A stretch of DNA of 64,000 nucleotides, taken from the NCBI RefSeq assembly GCF_009914755.1, contig NC_060945.1; one strand, 5' to 3'. Origin of the DNA: the human T2T-CHM13v2.0 reference genome, Homo sapiens. Below are positions 38,861 through 57,174 of this stretch, piece after piece (the stretch's first letter is position 1; the number at the start of each line of letters is the position of its first letter). A program made the translations under genes and the position numbers. The notes beneath the pieces were generated by a model. That model was not told where the DNA came from. It did no database searches and saw only the letters and a program-made list of their open reading frames with translations.

Positions 38861-40973
38861 TGGTAGACTAAAGGTGACAACTTCTTTCCTGCTCCTCTCT
38901 CTGTGAGGACAAATTCCCCTTAAACCTTGACCAGACTACTGACTTATTTGGCCAACAGAAGGTGACAAAGGTGGTATTTGGGGACTTCAGAAGCCAGGCT
39001 GAGAAAACAGAACATTTATCCAGGAGAAAGCCAGTCACCAGGCAGGAAATCCCACTCCCCTGAGACCTCATGATGGAAACCACATGGCCAGTCCATGACT
39101 AGCTACACACATTGATATCCCCCACTGAGCCTCCAGCAACACCGACTCCCAACAACTAGTGAGCCTCCAGCAACATCCACTCCCAACCACTAGTGAGCCA
39201 CCCTGCACACCACCCCACTGTGCTTTCACACAATCCAGCTTGGCTGCAACTGTGTGTGAGATGAGCTGGCCACCAAGACTCTCTAAGCCAAAAAACAAGT
39301 AATAATGAGTTGTTTTAAGCTGCCAAGTTTTGGGGATGGTTTCTTCAGAATAGATAACTGGAACAGAATATGACAGCTGGAAATGAGCTGCTGTGGTAAT
39401 CAGAAGCTACAATATGTGACACGACTGTGAGGCTGACCTGTAACTGGGCCTCAAGGAGACCATTCATGCAACCTGGAAGGGCATCAAGACTCTTGGTCAG
39501 GGCCTGAAGGATGGTGAGAAAATGTCATTGGAAACTGGAGAAAAGGTCTGAGAGTTACTTGCTGAGGGACTGTGGGAAAACTATGGCCACAACATGGAAA
39601 CTGTAAGGGCACTGCACCATCTCAGGGATCTGCCTAAGGAGACATCTCGGAAGACCATGGAAAGTGCTACCAGCCTCCCCTAACTGTCACTGAATAAATA
39701 TGAGAGGAGAGGCACATGATCTAAACAAGGAGGTTCAGTTTTCAAACAGAATTTAGAGAAAATATAAAGAAATAATTTCTTGTCTCAAAAGGCCAAAGTA
39801 AAAAAAAAAAGAAAGAAAAGAAAAGGAAAAAAAAATGAAAAAGAAGCCATTGAATACCCTATAGACCGTAAGAAAACGGCAGGGAAAGTTGGTCAACGGC
39901 AACCCACGCACTGAAGGAAAAAGAACATGGAGAATGACAAAAGCCCAGAGGGAGGAGTAAAAGGACACAAACACCATTCTCAGGGACCAGGACTGGGCGC
40001 CGTTCTCAGAGACCAGGACTGGGCACTAATCACAGAACTGTAACAGGCACCCCATGGGAATGACCAACTGTTAGACGGGGGCTGCAGGGCAGCACTTCCC
40101 TCTTGCCTCCCACCAACAGCTTCTAAAGGGAAATGTCGACTGTTTTCACACCAGTCCCCTCACTGCGGCTGTTTGTGGGCTCAGATGATAGGTCACAACA
40201 ACCTGATTCAGTCCTCACTGTGGCTGTGTGGGGGGGGGTCAGATGACAGGCCACCACAACCTGATTCAGTCCCCACTGTGGCTGTGTGGGGGGGGGGGGC
40301 AGATGACAGGCCACCACAACCTGATTCAGTCCTCACTGCAGCTGAGTGTGTGTGGGTGCAGAAGACAGGCCACCACAACCTGATTCAGGATTCAGTTGGG
40401 CTACCAGCCAGTGCCATAAGGAAAACCATTCTGGGGCTCTTGAGAGGGGCAAAGCATAGTTTGCATGTGGGAGAAATGTTAATAGTTTGTGGCCAGAGGA
40501 CAAGCTGTGGTTTATTAAAGACTGCTGCAGGTTCCTACTATGCTTCTCATCAAGAGGTAGAATCTAATCACCTTCCCCCCTTGAATCATGGCTGGTCTCA
40601 GTGATGAGTGCGACTGGGCAGTGTGGCAGGAGAGATGCTCTGGCACTTCTGAGGGGCGATCATGAGAGGCCTTACAGCTTCTGCCTGGGCCTCTTGGACA
40701 CACACCCTGGGAGAAGCCAGACAAACCTGACTACCTGACGCTGCCAGACTGGGAAGAAGTCCGTGCTGGCCACAAAGAGAGGGCTCGGTGCCTGCTCCAT
40801 GTCCCCAGCCACTAGAGTCCTTCCAGATGAGACCAAGGACATCATGAAGCAACCAACCCGCACCGCCCTGTCCAGTGTCTTGACCCAGAAAATTGTGACA
40901 TGTAAAAAGAATAAATTCCTGGTTTAAGCCAGTAAGGTTACGGGTACATTGTTACATCTCAGATAATTAAAAC
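38861..40973 (+). mobile_element. MLT1 (MLT1H-like) element with two LTRs (~38861-39365 and ~40506-40973) and a deleted internal region
   Basis: LTR 3' ends TTGTTTTAAGCTGCCAAGTTTTGGGG...TAGATAACTGGAACA and TTTAAGCCAGTAAGG...CAGATAATTAAAAC. Confidence 0.65.
40151..40388. repeat. ~58-60 bp minisatellite, 4 copies, with variable G-runs
   Basis: CAGTCCTCACTGTGGCTGTGTG(G)nCAGATGACAGGCCACCACAACCTGATT repeated. Confidence 0.9.
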
Positions 40974-41698
40974 CTTGAAAAACTCATGAGAGATCACAAG
41001 TAGAACCTTGATCTGAAACATGGCATGTGGCGATTTATATTGAGTATTAGGTTAAAAATGCAAGAATAGAGCATAGTTAATATTTTACGTTAAAGCTAAA
41101 ACTATAATTGCCTACTTAAAATTTTCAGTTAATTAGGTTGTCACTTTTTGTTCTTAACCAAGAAATCAATTAGTATTAGTCGATAAACAGTTAGAACTGA
41201 TGCACACATCCGTTTTTCCTTACTCATTTTAAACAGCTATCTGAAATAGGAAGCGTAATATAATCTTTAAAGAATCTGAAAACATGACAGAAATGTTTAA
41301 ACTATAAACATATATTGTATATGTTAGCATATTGTATACATTGCATATTAACATAAGCTAGAATCATTGACATAAATTTATATAAACAAAAGGTATAAAA
41401 TATGACAATGTTCTTCCTGATTTTTGTCTTTGCATATTTCTTTATTGGCCCTTGTCAAACGTGACCCACTAACTCCTGAATGCTTTCTCTCTCCCCATGG
41501 ATTCCTAAGGATGTCACCACAGTGTTGGCCAGATGCACAGGTCACAGGGGACTGAATCTCATCACCCCACAAACATACCATTCAGGTTTTGCCAAGAATG
41601 ACACTGTAAATGTAACAAAGCTTCCGTGCTTGTTAGTGAACACCAACTCAGCTCCTCTCCTGTATTCAGAAATCAGGATGAGATGAAAACAACAAGCA

Positions 41699-42005
<307 letters not shown>

Positions 42006-42881
42006 AACAAGGAAACAAAAGTAACAAGGCTTGACACCAGATGAGCCTGAATCTAAGCAAGAAAAGCCCAGAAGAAATCCCATTTTGGGTCACTGGCTGC
42101 ATGGTAGTAATACCATACACATAAAGGAAGAGAGGAGGATGTGGCTTTCACTTTGAATTTTTTGAGCTTAAGGTAACTTTTGCATAGCTACAAAGAAGCA
42201 TTCAACAGAGAGTTAAACCTATGATGGAAAGACTGAAGAGGTCCAAGCTGTAGAGAAACAGGACGGCAAACCACAAAGGGCTGAATCAGTCAAGGAGAAC
42301 TGCAGGGCGGGATGAACAGGGACCAGTGGAACATTTGGATAAGCTGTTGAGAAGAAAGGAGAATTCAGAGAAAAAGAACTGTCAGTGAGGTCATAATAGG
42401 AACTGTTACAGTGAACTAAATATGGCCTGGGAAGGACTCTGTACTTCTAGACTTGAGTCCCTGTGGACAAACTGAAACCTAACTTAATAGGTAGAAAGAC
42501 TGAAAACCTAACTTAGGAGTATGCACCTGTAACTATAGCTGAGTCCTGGCCAATCCCAACAGCCAAACTTCTGCCACTCACACACTGCTGAGTGTTCAGC
42601 TGTGTTCAAATAAGGCAAATGCTGAGCACTGTAACCAGTCCAGTTGTTTCTGGACCACATTGCTGAGAACGGTAAGGGACCCAGTTGCTTCTGGACCTCA
42701 CTCCTCACTCAGATTTCTGTACATCACGTTCCCTTTATTGTCTATAAATCTTCCACCATGTAGCTGTGCTGGAGTCTCACCAAATCTGCTGTGATTCTGG
42801 GGGCTGCCTGATTCGTGAATCATTCATTTCTCAATTAAGTTCCTTTAAATTTAATTCAGCTGAAGATTTTCTTTTAACAGA

Positions 42882-42899
42882 TGGTGTCAGAAGTGGGAT
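42882..42899 (+). promoter_or_regulatory. Retroviral primer-binding site (tRNA-Leu type)
   Basis: TGGTGTCAGAAGTGGGAT starts 3 nt after the 5' LTR end and is complementary to a tRNA-Leu 3' end (...ATCCCACTTCTGACACCA). Confidence 0.75.
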
Positions 42900-43017
42900 C
42901 TGTGGGAGCAGGACTGCTAGGGCCTCCGGAGCTATAGTGTGGTGAGCAGTGTTGCTAGGGCTTCTAATGACCCCCAGGAGTGCTGAAGTACAAGAAAGGC
43001 ACCTGCAAGGACTGCTC

Positions 43018-44278
43018 TGTGATGGCAGCAGTGGCCCATGTGGAGCAGTTGCTACGGAGACACTGGCTGCAGTGAGGAGGAGTGGCTGGGGCTGTGCGCT
43101 CCTCGAAGCTGGTGGGAGCCAGGAAAGGGTGGGAGCCCCACCCCTTCTAAATTGGCAGGCAGGAGCCCCGCCCTCCCAGGCACAGCTGCAGCCATCCAGC
43201 CATGACTGCAAACCTGGGCATCTTTGCACTCTCAGAGGCCCAGCAAGCCCCCCTGCCCCCACAGGCTCAGTTGTACCTGGTCCCACCACCTGGCGTCTCT
43301 CCACTCCCAGAGCCCACTCCAACCTCGGATCCAAGTTGAGGCTGAACCCAGGCACAGTCGGAACCCGGCCTGGTTTGTGCAAGCTCAAGGCAGTGCTGAC
43401 ATGCCAGCCCCCTGCCACCTCAGCCCCCTCCAGACTTTGGGCACTGACGAGCACAAGAGGGAGGTTGAGGTGGGGCTAAGTGTGGCTCAGCACTGGCCTG
43501 AAGGCACTCCTCAGCTCGAACAGCCTCGGCAATGTGGGCACAGCTAACCACAGTGCATCTCTCTCAGCTGCTGAGAGCTGAACAGACGTTGGGATGACTT
43601 GCCTGCAGAAAGGAGCTACCGACTGCAGGTCTCCTCTGAGCTGAACAGTTGCTCAATAAAGCACCTCTTCACCTTGCTCACCTTCTACTTGCCCACATAC
43701 CTCATTCTTCCTGGACTCAGGACAAGAACTCGGGACCTGCCAACTAGCAGGGCTGAAAGAGGTGTAACATAAACAGGGCTGAAACGCACCCCTTGCTTGC
43801 CAAATTGCAGGCAAGAAGAAGAGAAGAGAGGAGACAAGAGCTGTGGCCCTTCAGGGAGCCCAGACCTAGGAGCTCCCCAAGCCAGGGCTATGATGCCTTC
43901 TTTGGGGTTCTGCAGTTCCTGCATCTCCAAGTTTCTGGGCGCCACTGCATTCCCTGATACCCACAGTGGAAGCTGTTTGCAGTCGGCCTTGTCCAGCTGC
44001 AGCCTCACAGGGAGCTGGCACCTGTGCCGGTGCCTGGAGCTGCCCACCCCACTGCAGCTGGCATGCTTGACTGTGTGCAGTGGCCAGATCCCATGCTTGC
44101 TTGCTCACACACCCTTCACTGCTCTGTACCCAGCTCACCCTTGGCAAGTGTGGGATCCAAACCACTAGCATGAGCCGAGTGGACAGAACGAACCCAGTGG
44201 GCCCGAGCAAAACACAGGTAAAGGCACCACCAGCCAGAGGTTTCAGGCAGAAAAGTGATGTCTCAGGATTCTGTAACA
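43018..44278 (+). mobile_element. MER52-type solo LTR nested in MER57-int
   Basis: GC-rich 1.26-kb element, TGTGATGGCAGCAGTGGCCC...GGAGCCCCGCCCTCCCAGGC...CTCAATAAAGC...CTGTAACA. Confidence 0.8.
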
Positions 44279-45219
44279 CTTGTGCCCTTTGACCTCTCAG
44301 AGCAGCTGGGGATCATGATAAATTCTCTCTCGGATTTCAGAGCTCCATGGATTTGTGTTTTGAGCTCTGAGTTTCTTTGAGCAAATTTCTGTTCCAAACT
44401 GCTATCCAGCCATGACTGGCTGGATGTTTTAGAAGTTATGACAGAAACGGGACCGGGTCCAGGATCAGATTTGATCCAGTAGTTAACTGGCTTGAATCCA
44501 GTTCCAGTTAGAGACCTCCTACATCTGAATGGGTCAGAAGGAAAGTGGTAGTAAATGATAATATTGGAGGGCTGTAAAATTTAGCTTTTGAAAATTCACA
44601 GGGATTTTTGTGTTCTACCCCTTTGTTTCATTTTCCTCACACGCTTAGGTAGGAAAAAAAAAATCATTGGCTAAGTCAATCAAGGGAACCTGGGAGTAAA
44701 GCCAATATATTAGGTAAAAATAGGATCCTTAATTTCTGGAAAACTTAGTTCCTTCTGGCTAATTCATTAGGCCTGGGAGGCAGCAAAGTCTTACAGAAAT
44801 GGCACAATCTTACTAAAGTTAACTTACAGTGGAACATTCCAAATGAATACTGCCCTGAAGTGCATTTAAAAATGAGGGCTCCCAAATTAGTCTCATCTAG
44901 GGATGCCTATTAATATGCAGAAGCTTCTAAAAAGATTTAGAGATGGCACGGCCTATCTGGGAGCAAGTTTGAGTCTTACCAGTTTGACACTGGATGCTAA
45001 GCAAAGTGGCTCCTGTCTATGTTTTGTCACATGTATTTTGCTTTGAGCAGAATGAAAAATGTTAATTTGGTTACTCCAAGCAACCCCTTGGGCAGCATCT
45101 TGCAAAGCTGAGTGGATTCTTCCTGTGGATCCATGATTTCCATTGTGATGCAGCTTGGCCCCAGAGCTATAATGTTGTGAGGAGGGTGACAGAGAAAGAT
45201 GTTATCTTTAAAAAAAAAT

Positions 45220-45521
45220 GGCCAGGGGCAGTGGCTCACGCCTGTAATCCCAACACTTGGGGAGGCTGAGGCAGGTGGATCACCTGAGGTCAGGAGTTCA
45301 GGGCCAGCCTGAACAACAAGGAAAAACCCCGTCTCTACTAAAAACACAAAATTAGCTGGGCATGGTGGGGCATGCCTCTAATCCCAGCTACTCAGGAGGC
45401 TGGGGCAGGAGAATTGCTTGAATCTGGGAGGCAGGGGGTTGCAGTAAACCGAGATCGCGCCATTGCACTCCAGCCTGGGCAACAAGAGGGAAAATCCACC
45501 TCAAGAAAATAAAAGAATAAT
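45220..45521 (+). mobile_element. Alu
   Basis: Dimeric Alu. Confidence 0.93.
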
Positions 45522-46649
45522 AGATTTGCCTATAAGGTTTTATGAAAAAGTGGGTGATATTTGGCTTTCTCTCTTTAAGAAGATTTTCAGAAAATATTAA
45601 AAAATAATGGGAGAAGGAGCCAAGATGGCCGAATAGGAACAGCTTGAGTCTACAGCTCCCAGCATGAGCGACGCAGAAGACGGGTGATTTCTGCATTTCC
45701 ATTTGAGGTACTGGGTTCATCTCACTAGGGAGTGCCAGACAGTGGGCGCAGGACAGTGGGTGAAGTGCACTGTGCACTAGCTGAAGCAGGGCGAGGCATT
45801 GCCTCACTTGGGAAGCGCAAGGGGTCAGGGAGTTAGTTCCCTTTCCTGGTCAAGGAAAGGGGTGACAGACGGCACCTGGAAAATCAGACCACTCCCACCC
45901 TAACACTGCGCTTTTCTGACGGGCTTAGGAAACGGCACACCAGGAGATTATATCCGGCACCTGGCTCAGAGGGTCCTATGTCCATGGAGTCTCGCTGATT
46001 GCTAACACAGCAGTCTGAGATCAAACTGCAAGGCGGCAGCGAGGATGGGGGAGGTGCACCGGCTATTGCCCAGGCTCTCTTAGGTAAACAAAGCAGCCGG
46101 GAAGCTCGAACTGGGTGGAGCCCACCACAGCTCAAGGAGGCCTTCCTGCCTCTGCAGGCTCCACCTCTGGGGGCAGGGCACAGACAAACAAAAAGACAGC
46201 AGTAACCTCTGCAGACTTAAATGTCCCTGTCTGACAGCTTTGAGGAGAGCAGTGGTTCTCCCAGCACACAACTGGAGATCTGAGAATGTGCAGACTGCCT
46301 CCTCAAGTGGGTCCCTGATCCCTGACCCCCAAGCAGCCTAACTGGGAGGCACCCCCCAGTAGGGGCAGACTGACACCTCACATGACCGGGTACTCCTCTG
46401 AGACAAAACTTCCAGAGGAATGATCAGACAGCAACATTCACGGATCACGAAAATCCACGGTTTTGCAGACACCACTGCTGATACCCAGGCAAATAAGGTC
46501 TGGAATGGGCCTCTAGCAAACTCCAACAGACCTGAAGCTGAGGGTCCTGTCTGTTAGAAGGAAAACTAACAAACAGAAAGGACATCCACACCAAAAACCC
46601 ATCTGTACATCACCATCATCAAAGACCAAAAGTAGATAAAACCACAAAG

Positions 46650-47666
46650 ATGGGGAAAAAACAGAGCAGAAAAACTGGAAACTCTAAAAAGCAGAGCACC
46701 TCTCCTCCTCCAAAGGAACGCAGTTCCTCACCAGCAATGGAACAAAGCTGGACAGAGAATGACTTTGACGAGTTGAGAAAAGAAGGCTTCAGACGATCAA
46801 ACTACTCCGAGCTACAGGAGGAAATTCAAACCAAAGGCAAAGAAGTTGAAAACTTTGAAAAAACTTTAGAAGAATGTATAACTAGAATAACCAATATAGA
46901 GAAGTGCTTAAAGGAGCTGATGGAGCTGAAAGCCAAGGCTCGAGAACTATGTGAAGAATGCAGAAGCCTCAGGAGATGATGAGATCAACTGGAAGAAAGC
47001 ATATCAGTGATGAAAGATGAAATGAATGAAATGAAGCATGAAGAGAAGTTTAGAGAAAAAAGAATAAAAAGAAATGAACAAAGCCTCCAAGAAATATGGG
47101 ACTATGTGAAAAGACCAAATCTGTGTCTGATTGGTGTACCTGAAAGTGACGGGAAGAATGGAACCAAGTTGGAAAACACTCTGCAGGATATTATCCAGGA
47201 GAACTTCCCCAATCCAGCAAAGCAGGTCAACATTCAGATTCAGGAAATACAGAGAATGCCACAAAGATACTCCTCGAGAAGAGCAACTCCAAGACACATA
47301 ATTGTCAGATTCACCAAAGTTGAAATGAAGGAAAAAATGTTAAGGGCAGCCAGAGAGAAAGGTCAGGTTACCCACAAAGGGAAGCCCATCAGACTAACTG
47401 CTGATCTCTCGGCAGAAACTCTACAAGCCAGAAGAGAGTGGGGGCCAATATTCAACATTCTTACAGAAAAGAATTTTCAACCCAGAATTTCATATCCAGC
47501 CAAACTAAGCTTCATAAGTGAAGGAGAAATAAAATACTTTACAGACAAGCAAATGCTGAGAGATTTTGTCACCACCAGGCCTGCCCTAAAAGAGCTCCTG
47601 AAGGAAGCACTAAACATGGAAAGGAACAACTGGTACCAGCCACTGCAAAAACATGCCAAATTGTAA
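46650..47666 (+). pseudogene. L1 ORF1p, split by in-frame stops at ~46977-46982
   Basis: MGKKQSRKTGNSKKQS... and ...RPALKELLKEALNMERNNWYQPLQKHAKL appear in two ORF pieces. Confidence 0.95.
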
Positions 47667-47729
47667 AGACCATCAAGACTAGGAAGAAACTGCGTCAATT
47701 AACGAGCAAAATAACCAGCTAACATCATA

Positions 47730-51549
<3,820 letters not shown>

Positions 51550-52225
51550 ACAATGAGAACACATGGACACAGGAATGGGAACATCACACTCTGTGGACTG
51601 TTGTCAGGTGGGGGGAGAAGGGAGGGATAGCATTAGGAGATATTCCTAATGCTAAATGACGAGTTAATGGGTGCAGCACACCAGACTGGCATATATATAC
51701 ATATGTAACTAACCGGCACATTGTGCACATAAACCCTAAAACTTGAAGTATAATAATAATAATAATAATAATAATAAAATAATAAAATGAAAAATTTGTT
51801 TGCCTTGTAAATAAACTACCAAAAAAAAAAGGAAAAACAAGAGGCAGATTATTTGTGGAAATAAGTCTTCCCCCTATCAATGAGTAAAGATTTTTGCCCT
51901 TTAAAAATTTTTTAAGTCATGATTTTAGGTAAATGAATGACTTACGTTGACATGGAATTCTATTTCATAACATCAAGTGTTTAAACCTTTAATATATTTA
52001 ATAGGCTTCCCAAAATCAAATTTCAACTTCAAAATTTTTTTTCTGACCTCTAACTTTGGGATACTACAGAGGCCCCTGAAGTACCCAAAAGAGAGGTAAA
52101 CAGGACTATTTAACATGTTAAGTCACATGGCTAGAACTGTCAAAATAAAAAATAATGTTGAACCTTCTTTAGGTTATATTCAGTGTATGTCATCAATCCA
52201 TTCTAAAATTGTATAGGATTTCTAA

Positions 52226-52527
<302 letters not shown>

Positions 52528-52836
52528 TAATTATGGTTATTAAGTTATTGTAGACCACAGAAATAACCAAATTTCCTTGTCAATTGTCTTTAACTATAAC
52601 TATTTAAAGTCATTTCCACAGTTAATTGCTTAATGGTGATGCAGTTTCTAAAAACTTCACAAGCATGCAAAATTTTAGAATATGGTGTCTCTTAGAAGAT
52701 CCATGAAAGAATGAAAAGGACCCTGAGAAACACTCGGGAACACAGATTTCTAATAACTTTAATATCATGGGTAAAAATTCCCCATAAGTTCCCCGATACC
52801 CCAAGAATTGGACTGGTTAAGAATTCTCAAAAGTTA

Positions 52837-53175
<339 letters not shown>

Positions 53176-54439
53176 CTAAGTAAAACAAAAATTGTATACC
53201 AAGGAAATATTTTGCCACATTTGCATGCTAAATCACCAATATTGAAATTGTTTAGATATATAATTTAAATAAACTCCATGGTCTAAGTCAAATCACCTAT
53301 AACTACTCATCAGTTACCAGTACCATGCACCTAATTTGGAGAAACAGCTGGTATTCAAGAGGATGTAAGTCTAATGTTAATTAAGCACAGACTTATGAAG
53401 AACCAGGATGGCCACCTTATCCTTCTTAAGTCCTTAAAACTTTTGTTATTAAAAGTTCTGCATTCCATAACTCATCATGGAAAGAGAAAATGATCCAAAT
53501 TAAATATATTGGTGTGGTGATTTCTAAACTGCTAAAATAGTTTATAACCAATGTTTGGTTTGTCATACCTATATTCCTAGGAAAACAATCAAAACTTCAG
53601 GTACATTTGGTTATCTGATGGGCCATTTAAACATTTTATAAAGGGATTTCATTCAGTTGTCATTTTCAGTGCATGTTTTCTGATTGTATAAAAGCTCTTC
53701 TATGCGAGACAGTTGATGTTGAAACAGTAGATTATTACCCTGAAGTGTATTTTCACCAGGTAAAGAAAGCCTTTTATGGCTCACTGAGGACAGTCAACCC
53801 CTTCAAAATCTAGAATCTGATGACTGGATCTTCTGAGAACATCAGAGAAGGACTGCCCTTGCCATCCACATGACAGCAAAACTTTAAAACCTTAAACTTT
53901 GGGTTCATAGTCTCACAACTCAGAAGGGTCCTTCCACACTTGGAACCATATACCCATTGGAACCCTTAAGGTAAAGCTAACAAGGACAATTCCCCCCAGA
54001 AGAAGATGGCATCCTTAATGTGAACAGCTTTTCCCAAGATCACAGATCAAGACTTCTCTACTATCATGAGACACTTATCTTAAGTATCTGTGCAGCTGCT
54101 AACACTTACAGCATGTGGAGAAAACATGGGGTATTATAAAGATTTGGTTGTAGGGAATTAACAAAAAAACCCACTTAGTTAAGCAAGTAAACTCTTTAAT
54201 TCATTCTTTAATCTATTTGATTTTAGGTGGTTTGATTTATGGGGACTCTGAGTTAGGAGCATACACCAAATTCTTGGTGTTATCCCAATAGTCATAAGAG
54301 TCTCCCTGGTGCACTGTACTTACTCAAATGTTTTAAGAGTTTGCATGCAGGCATCTCTAAAATATCAAATGGTATCTCTTCAACTGGAATGACAAGAGAT
54401 TAAAAAAAAAGTGCAACCATAAGGACACCATATCCTATG

Positions 54440-55390
54440 AGTGACATACTAAACCGGAAACCCAAAACAATGAGAGTGACATGCTAAACCAGAAACCCAA
54501 AACAATGGGAGTGATGTACTAAAACTGGAACCCAAAACAATGGGAGTGATGTGCACTAAAACCAGAACCCAAAACAATGGGAGTGACGTGCTAAACCAGA
54601 AACCCAAAGCAATGGGAGTGACTTGCTAAAACTGGAACCCAAAACAATGGGAGTGATGTGCTAAAACCAGAAACGACAACAATGGGAGTGATGTGCTTAA
54701 ACCGGAACCCAAAACAATGGGAGTGACCTGCTAAACCAGAAACCCAAAACAATGGGAGTGACCTGCTAAACCAGAAACCCAAAACAATGGGAGTGACATG
54801 TAAAACCAGAAACCAAAACAATGGGAGTGATGTGCTTAAACCGGAACCCAAAACAATGGGAATGACCTGCTAAACCAGAAACCCAAAACAATGGGAGTGA
54901 CCTGCTAAACCAGAAACCCAAAACAATGGGAGCGTCCTGCTAAACCAGAAACCCAAAACAATGGGAGTGACCTGCTGAACCACAAACCCAAAACAATGGG
55001 AGTGATGTGTAAAACCAGAAACCCAAAACAATGGGAGTGACATGCTAAAACCAGAAACCCAAAACAATGGGAGTGACCTGCTAAAACCTGGAAACCCAAA
55101 ACAATGAGAGTGACGTGCTAAAACCAGAAACCCAAAACAATGGGAGCGTCCTGCTAAACCAGAAACCCAAAACAATGGGAGTGACGTGCTAAAACCAGAA
55201 ACCCAAAACAATGGGAGTGTCCTGCTACACCAGGAACCCAAAACAATGAGAGTGACGTGCTAAACCAGAAACCCAAAACAATGGGAGTGACGTGCTAAAA
55301 CCAGAACCCAAAACAATGGGAGTGACGTGCTAAACCGGAAACCCAAAACAATGGGAATGATGTGCTAAAATCGGAACCCAAAACAATGGT
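54440..55390. repeat. ~35-bp VNTR, about 27 copies, in MER57-int just after the env remnant
   Basis: Unit CTAAACCAGAAACCCAAAACAATGGGAGTGACGTG with 1-2 nt indels. Confidence 0.95.
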
Positions 55391-55451
55391 AACTAAGAGT
55401 GGTGTTAAGGCCCTACATTTTGGTCACACTCTCAACTAAGTGAGAACTTGA

Positions 55452-55758
<307 letters not shown>

Positions 55759-56568
55759 AAAAGGAGGAATTTTTTAAGCAAAATTATGGGAGGCCATTGT
55801 TTTGAACTAAGCTCATGCAATAGGTCCCAACAGACCAAAACAAACCAAAATCGAGTCACTCATGCTAAATGTAACATAATCAAACTAAGACTTTAAGGAA
55901 ACACATAAATCCTAGAACAAACCAGGTTTTGTTTTTCTCCTGTAAACAGGATGTTCCAGCATAAGAAGATATCTTCTACTCAAGTCCTTGTTCCACTTTT
56001 CAAATCTCACTGGTCTATTTCCCAGTGGGTTTCTAAACCAAGTAAGTACATTTGCAATGGTAATAGTGACACCAGTGACTGAAGTTTTGGCCAATCTCTC
56101 AAAATTGAGAAAATAACCAAAGGGAAGGCATTGTTAAAGTGAACTAAGTATGGCCTGAGAAGGACTCCATAATTCTATATATGAGTCCTTGTGGATGAAC
56201 TGCAACCTACCTTAATAGGTATACAAGAATGAAAAACTAACTTGAGAGTATGCACCTGGAACAACAGCTACATCTTGGCCAATCCCAATGGCCAAACTTC
56301 AACCACTCAGGCACTGCCAAATGTTCAAAATGTGTTCAAAGAAGGCAAACGCTGAGTTGTTTCTGTACCTCACTTCCGATTTCGGTATGCCATTTCCCTT
56401 TTGTCTATAAATCTTCCACCACATGACTGCGCTGGAGTCTCTGTGAATCTGCTGTGATTCTGGGGACTGTCTGATTCGTGAATCGTTTATTGCTCAATTA
56501 AACTCCTTTAAAGTTTTTCTTTCAACAGAACTAACACAGAAGAATTTCCAGGTCATGAACAGACGTTT

Positions 56569-57174
56569 TGTAATACCCAACGTTGTATTAATATGAATAG
56601 ACTCTTCCTTAGATAGCTAACCTTGTTTTTAATATGAATAGACTCTCCCTTAGCTGAGAAAACCAGACAAACTCCATTTGGCTCCTTCATTTACAAGACA
56701 TCAAGGGCTCCTTACCCACCCCCTTTCCTCAAGGACTTTAACTTGTGCAAACTGATTTTCAACATATCAAAGAGTGCAATTAACTGATAAAGTGCTGAGA
56801 CAAGTGATGTCGGCAGTTCCCAGCAAATTACTCAGAGATAATATCATAAAGCCCCCACCTTTGTCCAGCAGATAATGCCCAGAGCCCCCTCACCTATCAC
56901 TTTGTGGTGAATTTAAAGCCCCTGCACCTGGAACAGTTTGTTTTCCTGTAACCATCAGTCTTTTTAACTTTTTTGTCGTTTTTTTCTTCTGTAAAGTTTC
57001 TGCAGCTAGAATCCCCCCTCCCCTCTCTAAACCAAAGTATAAAAGAAAATCTATTCCCTTCTTCGGGGCCGAGAGAATTTTGTGCATTGGCCGTCTCTCA
57101 GTCACCGGCTAATAAAGGACCCCTGAATTCGTCTCAAAGTGTGACGTTTCTCTCTAACTCACTCAGGTATGACA
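56569..57174 (+). mobile_element. Solo LTR10-type (HERV-I/IP10 family) LTR
   Basis: TG...CA ends with a 4-bp TSD GTTT (56565-56568 and 57175-57178). TATA-like GTATAAAAG at ~57037 and AATAAA at ~57111. 3' end resembles LTR10. Confidence 0.8.

Noticed and set aside
42882-42899. tRNA gene
   Set aside because: Only an 18-nt complement directly after an LTR, i.e. a primer-binding site.
42831-44292. 100-207 aa GC-rich ORFs
   Set aside because: They lie in the MER52 LTR, are open by composition, and have no recognisable domain.
45884-46135. L1 ORF0 as an intact CDS
   Set aside because: The ORF0-like sequence is present, but the initiator reads ATA (IAGAPPP) and it stops early after VGVV.
54440-55390. 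CRISPR-like 35-bp repeats (also the 48-bp and 62-bp arrays)
   Set aside because: Units are head-to-tail with no unique spacers, there are no cas genes, and the context is primate.
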